DNA from: Nageia nagi
Taxonomy: Eukaryota; Plantae; Pinophyta
Direction of reading: 5' to 3'
Assembly: GCA_050084985.1 (NCBI GenBank)
Contig: JBITNC010000001.1
Location: 186,930,001-186,994,000, forward strand
Length of the DNA: 64,000 nucleotides
The position numbers were made by a program, and so were the translations under genes. Positions 38,618 through 50,890 of the stretch are shown in pieces. A model generated the notes under the pieces. That model saw only the letters and a program-made list of their open reading frames with translations. It did no database searches and was not told the DNA's origin. Positions within the stretch are counted from its first letter, which is position 1. The number at the start of each line of letters is the position of its first letter.

Positions 38618-41310
38618 ATAAGATAAGATAAATCTTTTAATGCCTTTTTCAATTCAATTGTTTCTAGGATCTATCGAAGTTTGTCTAAAAATAAACATAA
38701 ATCAATTATGTCTTTGAATGCTTGTTTCTAATAGTAAAATTGTCAAGCTTATTTTGGTTAACTTGATTTAAATTATCATGGATTAAGTTATAATTACAAA
38801 TATTTGTATAGGCATATCTAATGTCTTTGCAAAGTAGACAAAAATAATAAGAATAAGTTTCATCTTTTATGGCATTTAGGTTACAAAGATTTCAAGTTCT
38901 TTTATCCCAACATATTTTTAGGTATTATCCATCTACTAGTTTTGTTATACAATTCATGTGAATTAGTTCTTAATTTTACGATCACAAGTTTCTTTTTGAG
39001 GTTAATAATCTTATGTGGATACAATGGATGTTCAAGTTTTGGATTAATGATGTTTTTATAGTAAGCTAGTTTTCTTTTATTTTTGATATTATCATCACTC
39101 AATAATTTATGAGTTACTTTATTTGAAGGGGTTATGTTAATATGTATAACCTAAAAATCAAGCCACATATCAAGTTTTTTTAGCCAACCTCTTTTAATAT
39201 GATTACATGTTAGATAATTTTGTTGATAGATTATAGGTAGCCTAAGAGAATCAAAATTTGTTAGTTTACAATCATATATCATTTTGAATATTTACGTTCA
39301 ATATAGAATAAAATAACTTCCATAACAAGGGTATGGTGTATTATTTTTAATTTTAAAGTTATGAATGATGAATTATTTTTGAATTTGCTTAGTTTTATTT
39401 CATGTTTATCAAAAAATGCTTCCACCCCAAACTTCATAACCATATATTATTATTAGGGTTACAAGATTGGTGAAAAGAGTTTTCTTTTTGTCCCAATTTT
39501 GAAGTCCTACATTTTTACATGTGTTTTCTATACCATAAAAGGCTTTCCATCCAACAAAGATTCTTTTTTTACACTTAGATTATAATTTAATTTCTAATTT
39601 ATGTCAATACCTAAGTAGTTGTACTTAGAATGAATCAACTCTAAGAGTTTATTATTAAATATGATTGTAGGGTGAGAAGTTTTTTAAATTTAATTATCAT
39701 AATTTTAGTTTTATCTACATTAACTATTAAATTATATATATTGTAAAATATTTGAAGAATATTTAATAATTTTAGGTGATCATCATAATTTTTAGCTAAC
39801 ATAAAAATATCATCTGTATAAAGTAAGAGACCAATGATTAGATTACAAAGGTTGGTTCCTATATACCTAGCTTCTTCCAAATATTTTTCTAATTAATATA
39901 TGTAAATACCAAAGAGATTTGGGGATAGATGGAATCTTTGTTGAACTCCAATATTGCAACTAATTTCATCATATCACCCTTGATTACTTTTTAGTTTTGT
40001 GATAAGTAGCTCATTAAGCCTATAAAATAAAAATCTTAGTTCATGAGGTATATCTAATCTAACCATACACTTTAAAATATTACCCCTAGGAATAGTATCA
40101 AAGGCTTTTCAGAATGCATGCAAAAAGAAGCTCTTGCAGACTTAAGGAGGGAAAGAATAAGGCAATGAAGAGGGAGGAAGTGGAAAAACTTGGTCATGAA
40201 GAGGAGTTAGAACCATGAACTCAAATTCAGCTATGGATACTAGTATTCTCAACAACTAGAGCCTACTAAGGATCACCAAATAAGAAATGCAGACCCTCAT
40301 TGAAGAGGCCACAAAAAAAGGTGTAGAGGAGGGAGAGGACTCAATGGGCAGAGGTGAAGGAACTAGTCAAAATGGTGTGTTTACCAACTCTAGGAAAGAG
40401 AAGCATGAAATCCATTTCAATCTTGATGCCTATAACTAGAGCTCTCCATAATAAAATGCTACTTGAAGCAATCACCAAGCAAGGAGAGAGAAGTGAACTT
40501 TATAAAGCTAAACATTTGGGTATTCCCTTTGCAGTCATCATGGAAGGAAATTTCTACATGGAATTCTATGAGAAAAACTTCCCGAACCTATTTTTTAGGT
40601 TCAAAATAAGTGATGAAATGATCCTCATGTGAGTTGAAGTTGTTTTGATATTGCACATGCATTACTTTTTATAGTGTTCTTAGGGTAGCCTTACTATAAA
40701 AGGAGGATGGCAAAGTATTTTTGACCCAAATGATCTATTTTATTATAATTCTTGACAAGGGTTATTTAGTATCATCCATGATTGTCATAGCATTGGTTGT
40801 ACTATCTAGTGGCTATAGGTATAGTATTTTAGTTAAGGATGAGAGTTGAGTGAATGCTTCACTCTCCTAAATCTAGTTTATTTGCAAGTTTGATTAGAAA
40901 TTTTGAGTATAATATGAAATAGTATATATAAATCCAAAACTGATAGATGTTGTAAAGGTGCTAGGAGCCTGATAATCCCTCTTTTTTTATTAATATAACT
41001 TACCATTAATCAAAAAAAGTATCAAAGGATTTTTTAAAATTTACAAAGTAAACAAATAAATATTCTTTATTATTTTAATTTTTTCAATAATAACTTAAAA
41101 AATGAGGATGTGATCAATTATTGAAAGTTTGCTTATCAAATCATCTTGACCTTTAGCTCTTGAATTATTATCATCAAGACAATTGCTAACTTTATTTTTT
41201 CTAATACTACCCTAGAGTTTGGTAAGTAAATGGCATATCCTAATAGTTCTATAATTTAATGGGTTATTTGTATCTCCCTTTTTTCATATAGGAATGATTG
41301 AACTTATAGT
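38618..41310 (-). mobile_element. Degenerate non-L1 LINE (RTE-X-like): RT, C-terminal zinc finger, (TTATC)n tail
   Basis: IIPI.KKGDTNNPLNYRTI, FQKAFDTIPR, GVQQ..LSPNLF, LLYTDD, VNVDKTKIM, YLGI, KLRTNSHEL..TSRWIIPK..LCNLNAIKDE. GATAA repeats at about 38618-38632. Confidence 0.8.
40116..41018 (+). mobile_element. Short L1-type 3' fragment inserted in the LINE RT, with poly(A) and about 22-bp TSD
   Basis: TSD AGTATCAAAGG(C/A)TTTT..AAT at 40094-40115 and 41018-41040. The 3' end CTGATAATCCCTCTTTTTTT..ACCATTAATCAAAAAAA matches the L1 end at 3262-3300. Confidence 0.7.
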
Positions 41311-42578
41311 ACACTAAAATGAAAGTGAAATCTAAGATTAAATAACATTAGAAAAATACAAGAAGAATTTGATATAAGAATATAAAATTATGGGAAATTC
41401 AATGATAAATATGTAATAACTAGATAGTTAGAATTTAAGATGGATTTAAAAAACTACATTGATCATAAACTATTAGAAGTTGGGATAACATAGGGCATAA
41501 TTTAGACCCATAGGAAGTTAGAAAAATCATGTTATAAGGTAGATCAGGATTATGTAATCAAGATCACTAAAAGGAAGAAGAGAGAATATGAAGAAAGAAT
41601 GCAGAATTAGAAAAGAGCATCTCCCACAGTAACTACAAATCAAGCTAAACAAGGAAAGGATTCTCAAGGTAAGACTTTAGCTTCAACTCTAAGAATCACA
41701 GAAGAAAAAAATAACATAGTTAATAAGACTCAAAATGTTATAAATAATACATTAGATTAATACTTAAGAAAATATTTAAAGTATTATTAATAAATGTAAT
41801 GTTAATATATTATTAATATTACTAATGTTAAATTTAATTAATGTTAGGATTTCTAGCATTTTGGTTATTGTATGGATCCTGCTTATACATTTAAACCACT
41901 TCACAATGCAATATAATATACTTGGTTCCTCTCTCAAATATGATATGGTAATAGATATAGCTTGGTGAGAAGTTTTCCTTACTACCATAAGCCTATGAAA
42001 AACTATATTGCCTTGAGAAAATTTATTTTAATCTCTCTTCTTCCAAATCTACCCCTTGTGTATGATTGATGAAGTTGAGAAATAAATGATAAGTATAAAA
42101 TAAAATCCAAACATAACAATAAAAACTAGATATTTCTTCCTAGCCTCACTCACAATAACTGAATAAAAGTGAAGTCTAGCCTCTCTTTGTGGGTACAACT
42201 ATGTTGAGATAAAGAAAGAGAACCTAGAAAACATAAAGGAGAGCATAGCCATTATATGACATAGTATGAGAGAGATCAGCCAGTAAATGATACAAAGTGA
42301 ATTGAAGGATTGTATACATGTCGAAAAGCATTACAAATAGGATATATTGAAAAGCATTACAAATAATACATGTTAATAAGCAATGTAAATAGATTGTATA
42401 TGTATGCATAAGGAAGGTGGTGCCACCCAATTCTAGGTTTGCATAATCCACCTAGCAAAATCACTCAATGTAATATTAATGTTGTTGAAGAGTGAAGAGA
42501 TTAGTTTGTATCTATGTTTGAAGTGAGTAAAAAATGAATTATGTACTTCTCAAAGTCACACATGAACTCCACATCCTA

Positions 42579-45500
42579 TGTTAGGAATACATATATAAAA
42601 CACAAAACTTGAGAGTAATACCTTCCAATATCAAATGTGGAACAATATTAGACTTAATAGAAGAAATATAATAAAAATAAGAGAAATAAAAAAATATAAT
42701 GTGGTTCACCTAAACTAAGGCTACATCCACCAAGATGGGTCAGTGCAAGAATTTAGGTCCACTTTATGGCCAAAAGGTGGAAGTGTTTTCCTTGATTTTC
42801 AAGTTTTGGCATAATTGATATTAAAATTTGAAGCACTTAGATATGTAATCATGAAAAAGATCACTAGAAAATGTAGTGCTCAAATCCTAGTTTTCAAATA
42901 TGTAATTTATTCCAATACCCATATGATAGAAATTAAATTTTGATAGGGATGAAGAAAATCACTTTTTAAAATATATTATTTTAGGACCATACCATGAATG
43001 TGTCTAGCAAGCATAATTTGATCTAAATCAAAGTACTTTTTAAAATCCTTTTAGTCATAAATACATAAAATACTGAATCTTTTCTTTAATATTTTTCCAT
43101 AAGTTTTTCATGAGTATTTTTTTGTATTAATTTTATGTTGGTCATATTTGCTGTTTCGAAAAGTCTTGGTGTCTGGTGCACATAATTTGACCTAAATTTA
43201 TCTTTTTTAAAAAAAAATTATCTTGTAGAGAATTGTCTATAGCTTTGCCCCATATAATTATTTTTCATAATACCCAAAAAAAGTTATTAAGAAAACAAGA
43301 TACCCTTATATTTCAAGTATATGGACCAGTTTCACTAAAAATTGATTGAAAAATATAAAATATAACCCAGTTATAAAAAAATATTGAATATTTTAAATCA
43401 TCACTCTTTAATCTTAAATGGGTTTTAATTTCATGAAAAATTTATCAAAAACTCCATCAAACATATGCCCAAAGTTAAGATTTTCTATTAAAATTACCAT
43501 GAACACATACTTGTAGGTCCAAGACTAAAATCGAGCCTGAAATGGAGGGAAATAGATTTAAATATATTAGGATCTCAATTCTTTTACATCCCAATATTTA
43601 TCAAGATATTGATTTTTTGAGTATCAAGATCCTGATTTAAAATTGAGATTCTAATCATCATTAAGATCTTGAACCTAAATCAAGATCTCGATATGAACTA
43701 TGTTAAAATTGAGTTATTGATTTTGCCACCACAAAATTTAATTTCTAATTCTTCTACTTAAGTGGAATCAACTTTGTACATACACCCATATATCTTTCTT
43801 TATATTAGTTAATCAATACATAACCATGAAAGGTGTAATCCATAGCCACATGACTATAATTACTTTTCTAGTTCACCAAGATATATCACCTTGTTTCTCC
43901 TCATAACCAATATCTATACTAAGCTCCAAGCTCTCTCCACCAAGAACTCTTATAGAACCCTCACACCTAACAATCTCCTACAAAATGAGGCATATAAAAG
44001 CTATCAAATTCATAGGAATTCTTCCAATTTCATACAACTCCAATAAACACCAAGATAAGCATAAAAGAGATTCTCTTATAACTACCACCTTTGAAATATT
44101 CCTCTTTTCACTTCATAGTACACACACAATACTATTCTCTATAAGGACCCATGGTCATCTCCTCATCCTACTACAATCTCTCACTTGCAATAATCGATCC
44201 TCTAAACCCTTTAGCCTCATCAGCCACATCGACCTCTTAACCTCCTTAGATTTTCCAACCACATTGACCTATCAACCTCCTTATATTTTTTAGCCACTAT
44301 TTCTCTAAAACAATCTTATATATAATATGTACTCCTACCATTCCAATGTAACATTCCATAAATGACATGTCTTAGAGTTACATTCCAAGATAGACTCTTT
44401 TATGATAAGGATTTATAGCTTAAATATTCACTTAAATATACAAATAATAATTATAACTAAGTGTTCACAAATGTCATGCAATATATAGCCCTAAAATGTA
44501 CATGCACATACTTGTAAAAAGTATTACAAAATTGGTAGTTTCCCAAACTTTACTATAATTCCATTATGCATACTAAATTGCATTTTGATTTCTAAATCAG
44601 GCTCTACAATCCAACAATCTCCCACTTAAATACTATTTCATAATAGCTCAACCATCACTACATCCTCTAAATAACATATTCAAGCCAAATAAGAAATATC
44701 ACCTCCTCCATAACAACTCCACTAGTGTTGCATCCACTGAAGATAACTCTTCAACCAAATAAGAAATGTTACCTCATCCAAATTATTATAACTATTCTCT
44801 AAACCATCACTATTATCATACATATTCTTTCTTCTATGATATCAACAAACAATCCACCTATCATAATTTTATGATATTGATAATATATCCATGATCACCC
44901 ATGCACATGATGATACAACCATCACCATATTGATAAGATCCACATAATTATGGTTGCTCCCATAGCATGCTCATGCATAATATAATTTTTACACCTACAT
45001 CATGTGATCCATATTAAAAATCATGCATCAATATTTGTGTCATTTCCAACCCTATGAACATTTTTATCCCTCTAAGGAAACAACCAAGGATCCTCCATCA
45101 TGGCTCCCATTGCTTGGTCAGTATTTGGTTTCTTACAATAGAACCAACATAATCCTCTGAAGAGTGATAATGATCATATCCTCATTCACCTACAAAATAA
45201 GATCTCCATATTAAGATCTTCATATCAAGATCTCCCTTATTTATCATTCTCCCACTCGAACTGGGAAGCCCTTATTCCTTCAACTAGAAAAATCTTATTC
45301 TTGTTGAGATCCTCCCAACATGCTCGGATAACAATTGTTAGGAATCTACAGAACTTGAGAGAAATTCCTTCTAATATCAAATGTAGAATAATATTATACA
45401 TGATATAAGAAACATAATAAAAATAAGAGAAACACAAAAATATAATGTGGTTCACCCAAACTAGGGATACATCCACCAAGATATATTTCTTTATATTAGT

Positions 45501-46287
45501 AAACCAATACATAATCTTGAAAGGTATAATCCATAGCCACATAAATACAACTACCTCTTCTAGTTCACCAAGATATCTCACTTAATTTCTTCTTACTACT
45601 GAGCTCTATGCGAAGCTCCAAGCTCTCTCCACTAAGAACTCTTTTAGAACTCTCACACTCAAGAATATACTACAATGTGATGCATATGGAATCCATCACA
45701 TCAATGAGAATTCTCTTATTTCTACACAAATTCAACAAATACCAAGATAAGCACCAAAGGAATTCTCTTATAGTTTCCACCATTGAAATATTCCTCTTTT
45801 CATTTCATAGTACACACATAGTACTATTCTCTACAATGACCCATGGCCATCTTGTCATCTTGCTATAATATCTCACCTTGCAACAGCTAAGCCTCCAACC
45901 CCTTTGGCCTCATTAGCCACACTAACCTATCAGCCTCTTTGGCTTTTCCAACTATATTATTTCTATAAAATAATCTCCTATATAGCATGTACTCCTATCA
46001 TTCCAATGCAACATTCCATAAATGATATTTTGGATTTATATTCCAAGAATAGACTTTTTTAATGATAAGGAGTTATAGCCCAAATATTCACCTAAATATA
46101 CAAATAATAATTATAACATATTATTCATAAATGCCATGCAATCTACATCCCTAAAATGAACATGCATGGACTTGTAAAAAGCATTACAAAATTGGTAGAT
46201 TCCCAAACTTTACTACAGTTGCATTACGCATGCTAAACTACATTCTAATTCCAAATTAGGCTCCATAATCCACTTGATAATCCAACA
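42579..46287 (-). mobile_element. Non-autonomous LTR element (about 950-bp LTRs, about 720-bp non-coding interior)
   Basis: LTRs 42579-44616 (interrupted by a MITE) and 45336-46287, both TGTTAGGAAT...TCCAACA. PPT TTAAGTGGGAGAT next to 44616. Degenerate PBS TGTTATCCGAGC next to 45336. TSD TCCTA/TCATG. Confidence 0.8.
42737..43787. mobile_element. Non-autonomous TIR DNA transposon (MITE-like, 1.05 kb)
   Basis: Absent from the sister LTR. About 30-bp imperfect TIRs GGGTCAGTGCAAGAATTTAGGTCCACTTTA / GGGTGTATGTACAAAGTTGATTCCACTTAA. Flanks AT|...|AT. Confidence 0.75.
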
Positions 46288-49200
46288 TCATGCACCATTC
46301 ATAATAATAATTCTAACTCACATGCAATGTTGGATAACTGATATGCACCCAACTTACACATCATCTAATGCTACGATAAAAGGAACCATCAGTTATGTTG
46401 TGTATACCCAGTCTCTAACTCTAAACCTATGTGGACTCATATTGGTAATGGAGGTAGTGACTAATGTAGGAAAATCCCCATGTGTACAGTCAATCCAATA
46501 ATACATTTTATGATAGAAATAATTGTATAAGTACACAATGCAACCAAGAATAAATCAATGCATGTGTAATGTGTTTGAAAGAATGATTCCCAATAGAGAT
46601 ATCATATAGAAGAAAAGTTTATCCATACTTGTTCATCCAACATCCATATAGAGAAGTTTGCACAACAAAATCTCACCCAAGGAATGAGATAAATTTCATA
46701 TAAATTTCTAAAAGTTTGGTCATTAAGAATTTTCTAGATAGTTTATATTGTCAATAATTTTAAAGGAAAAAAAAAACCTTAGTTGAATCCAAAGCACAAC
46801 ATAAAAAAAGTTAAATTTTCTAACCTCTAGCCTATTGAGGTCATCCTAACCAATTAAAGCTAGAAGGAAAATAATAAATTTTAGTTGAGTTACAATATTG
46901 CCCAACCAAGTCACTCTGATCTCTAAAAATTAAAAACCTAAGAAAATTTATATACCTTATTCATGCTTCTCATCCCTGACTAAAGCAAATTATTTTTTTA
47001 AAATTCTCTAATGCACAAACTCACTTGAAGACCTTCAAACATAAACTATACCCTTCTTAAACCAAGGTTAAGCACATGGTGCATTGGAAAAACACCAAGT
47101 TTGAAGACATATGGTCAAGGGTTTAAATATCCACTTAACATTTTAATTTGACATGTACTTTAAATCCTTTTTAAGTACTTATTAAATTTTTAAGTTGTTT
47201 AAAATATGTTTTTATTCTATCTCATTTAATAACTTTGAGATTAATATCAAGAAGGCATATTGAATGTGAAAGACTCCAAAGTTTGATATTTTTCAATGCC
47301 TAATGATTGAACAAATTTAGAACTTGCAAAATAAGATGGTCCTTCCTACCCCAAAGGTTTTATTTCCAAATTCACAAGTGTTAAAAGGAAATGATTATAT
47401 TATCTAGAATACTAAAATTCAAGATATTTTGGAGTTTGAAGAACTATGGGAGATTTTAACTAGAACCAAAACTCATCCAATGACAGTTGATGAAGCCTTA
47501 AACAAAGTTTGATCAAAGAAGAAATAAAGGTCAAATGATCATCTTACTTGGAATTTAGGATGATATTCAACACTATGTTTGAGATTCCAAATATACTACA
47601 TAAGCATAGAATAAATGGCACAAATTACAATATTGTTGGTACAATTATTTTGCTTAAGTCTCTTTGATAAATAAGAGTCAAAAAAAAAAGGAGCAAAATC
47701 CATAGAATCAAGGGAGTGGAAACAAATAATACCACCTCCATAAAGATAGCAACAAGTAAATATTCCTAATAATGTTGAAGAATCCACTAATGAATTTAAC
47801 AATCTCACTCTCATTCATTAAGAGAAACCCTTTATTTCATCCACTTTGTTGATTATGATGCTTTCAAGCATATGACTAGACAAAAGGATTGGGCATTGAT
47901 ACACCCTATAACATTAAAGGTACAAGAGATATTCAAGTTCATATTGGAAAGAATAATTATTATATTAAGAAGGTCTTGTATGTGTGAGGTCTCATAAAGA
48001 ACCTCTTGTTAGTTAGTCAAATTTTGGATAATAATTTCAAAGTGGAGTTTGATAATGTGTATGGATGGAAGGTTTTCTTCATTCAAAATAAATCTAGAGA
48101 TTATTAGATTTTAACCAAAGCTTAAGGAGTTAGAAAAATATTTTTTCTTGATGTTGTCTATAGCTTCCAATAATCAAGCATTAAATATTTATGTTGTGGA
48201 TTCCACCACTCCCTGCAACCAACAATTTGGATACATGAATCCAAATTACCTAATCAATCTATAAAAGAGGAGTATGGTAAGTGGTCTCCCATATCTTGAT
48301 TCTCCTACTAATATTTATTCTACTTTCATCATAGGGAAACAACATAGAATTCAATTTGAAGCTAGCACATATTGTTCTACAGTACCTCTTGATGTGATTG
48401 ACATTGACCTATGTGTATCCATGATTTCTAGTCACATTGGCCTCCAATACTTCTGATTATTCATTAATTACTACTCCAAAAAAATATGGGTGTATTTATT
48501 AAACATGAAGGATTAAACCTTTTAGTATTTAAAATATTTTAAATCATGTGTGAAGAATGCCACTGATCATCATATCCATGTTCTCATTCAAATCAAGGGG
48601 GAGAATACCTATCAAATAAGTTTTTTGCATCTTTGAAGAAATATATAATTCGACGATAATTGACCACATCCTACACACCATAGAAAAATATAATTTGTAA
48701 ATGAAAAAATAAAATAATCATAGAAATAATGAGGATTGTGTTGAAAGATGCAAAGTTGAATGAAAAATTTTGGGCTAAATGAGTAAGAACTACAATATAT
48801 CGACTAAATAGAGAACTTTGTAAAACTCTTGATAGGATGACACCTAAAGAACCAATAATAGGAGTGAGACCATCTATCTCACATCTTTGAGTATTTGGTT
48901 GCACTACCTATACGCACATTCCTAAATAGAAAAGAAAGTCCTTGATGGGCATTCTTATTGGGTATAGTACTAAATCCAAAGGATACAAACTTATGGATCC
49001 TACTACTCAAAAGATTTATATAAGTAGAGATGTTATTTTTTATTATATTGGTGATTCTTCTACTAGTTCATCTATAGTACCACCTGAACTTGACAACAGT
49101 CCCACTATCAACCATGATGAGAAATATGATGAGATAAAAGTTCTGGTTGTGAACTTGCCACTTGATAATTTTAGAAGATCAAAATGGTACTAAAAGATAA

Positions 49201-50422
49201 TACAAGATTCACACTTGGGTGATCCACCATAAACTTCCATATCCAAACCAAGGATACGAAGCATGGCTCATGAGGAAATGAACTTGGCACTAATGAGCAT
49301 AGTGGTGAATACACCTAAACCTAAAATAGTTTGTGAATTCATCAAGTTATTACATTAGAAGTCTTCATGTAGGTTGAATATGATGCATTGATGAAAAATG
49401 GAACATGAAAGCTCGTAGAACTTCCACTTTGGAAGAAGGCCATTATATGCAAATGTGAGAGAATTAGCACTACTCTAATCCTCAAGGTCCAAGACTAGGA
49501 AACTCAATCATACAATATAACACCATTCACACAAGATAACACAAGTGTAATGTTGTTCCTCCCTCCTTGGGAGTACATCCACAACTAGTATCTCAATTCT
49601 CAAGTATGCCCCTCTTACTACAATTCTCTTCCTCTCCTACACAAACTAGTAGAGTAATCTTACTCCAAAACTTAGTTGTGTTACAAGAGGAGAGGCCCTC
49701 TATTTATAGCTTGAGAGCACCTCCCTAACCTCCCTTTAACCCAAGGGTAAGGTTAGGGTTACAATAAATGCATGACCTAACTTTAACCTACCAACTAACC
49801 CCATGGTAAGGTCAAAGTCCACACATAATAAAGAATTCAATTAATCCCTTAAGGTATCTACATATCCTTTAAGTGATTAATTGAACTTACAAGGAGTTTA
49901 GATATTCACAATATTTCATTACAAATTCTAACACTCCCCCTTAATGCAATATTGGGATAGAGCGTAGAAGAGAGAAGAGAGAGAGTAAGAGAGAGTTCTC
50001 CTCCATAGAGATACAAGTGGAGATGAGAACATTTACATATTTGAGAATCTTTTTGAGAACTAGTATGAGACTCACTACATTACCATTTGACAAAATGGTT
50101 TACAATACAATCATTAACCACAACTGGTTTCACTGTACATAGTAGTCGATCAACTTTAAGCTGACATGTGAGTCTCCATGAGCTTGCTTACACAAGGTGA
50201 GTAACCTGCATTTCTAAAGAAGATCCTGCATGCTACAAGCAAGTCATGAGCAAAATCAGTTAGATGCATTATATATTCAAATAAGAGAATGAAATAATGC
50301 CATCTTATAAATAACTGATCAATGGTGCACGATAAGTCATCATGGAGATGCCAAGCCATCACTCATAGTCACCTATTGTATATAGACATGTGTTGATTAT
50401 TAATAGAGCATAAAAATTATAC

Positions 50423-50820
50423 AAATAGTTTCTCATGTAGAGCAAACTCACCATGGAGGTATAGAATGTACAACAAGTTCCTCATGCAGAATGAACTTAC
50501 CACGGAGGTATATTAATTATATGCTCAAAAAATTGTACAACAAGTTTGTCACGCAGAGCAAACTTACCACGGAGGTGTAAAATGTACAAGTTTGTCACAC
50601 AGAGCAAACTTACCACGGAGGTGTAAAATGTACAAGTTTGTCACACAGAGCAAACTTACCATGGAGGTGTAAAATGTACAACAAGTTTGTCACATAGAGC
50701 AAACTTACCATGGAGGTGTAAAATGTACAACAAGTTTGTCACGCAGAGCAAACTTACCATAGAGGTATAATAATGTACAACAAGTTTATCACACAGAGCA
50801 AACTTACCATGGAGGTATAT
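50423..50820. repeat. 46-50-bp minisatellite x8 in the 3' region of the young Copia
   Basis: Unit CAAGTTTGTCACACAGAGCAAACTTACCATGGAGGTGTAAAATGTA(CAA). Confidence 0.9.
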
Positions 50821-50890
50821 CATAATCAACACATGCTATACAATAATAAAAGAGCCTCTTAGAGGTGAATTTGTCATCACTAACAAAAGT

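Noticed and set aside
41340-41730. Possible Copia gag remnant (LEFKMD-like)
   Set aside because: Only one weak motif; not supportable.
50423-50820. Regular repeat resembling a CRISPR array
   Set aside because: Units are head-to-tail without unique spacers, lie inside a plant retrotransposon, and no cas genes are present.
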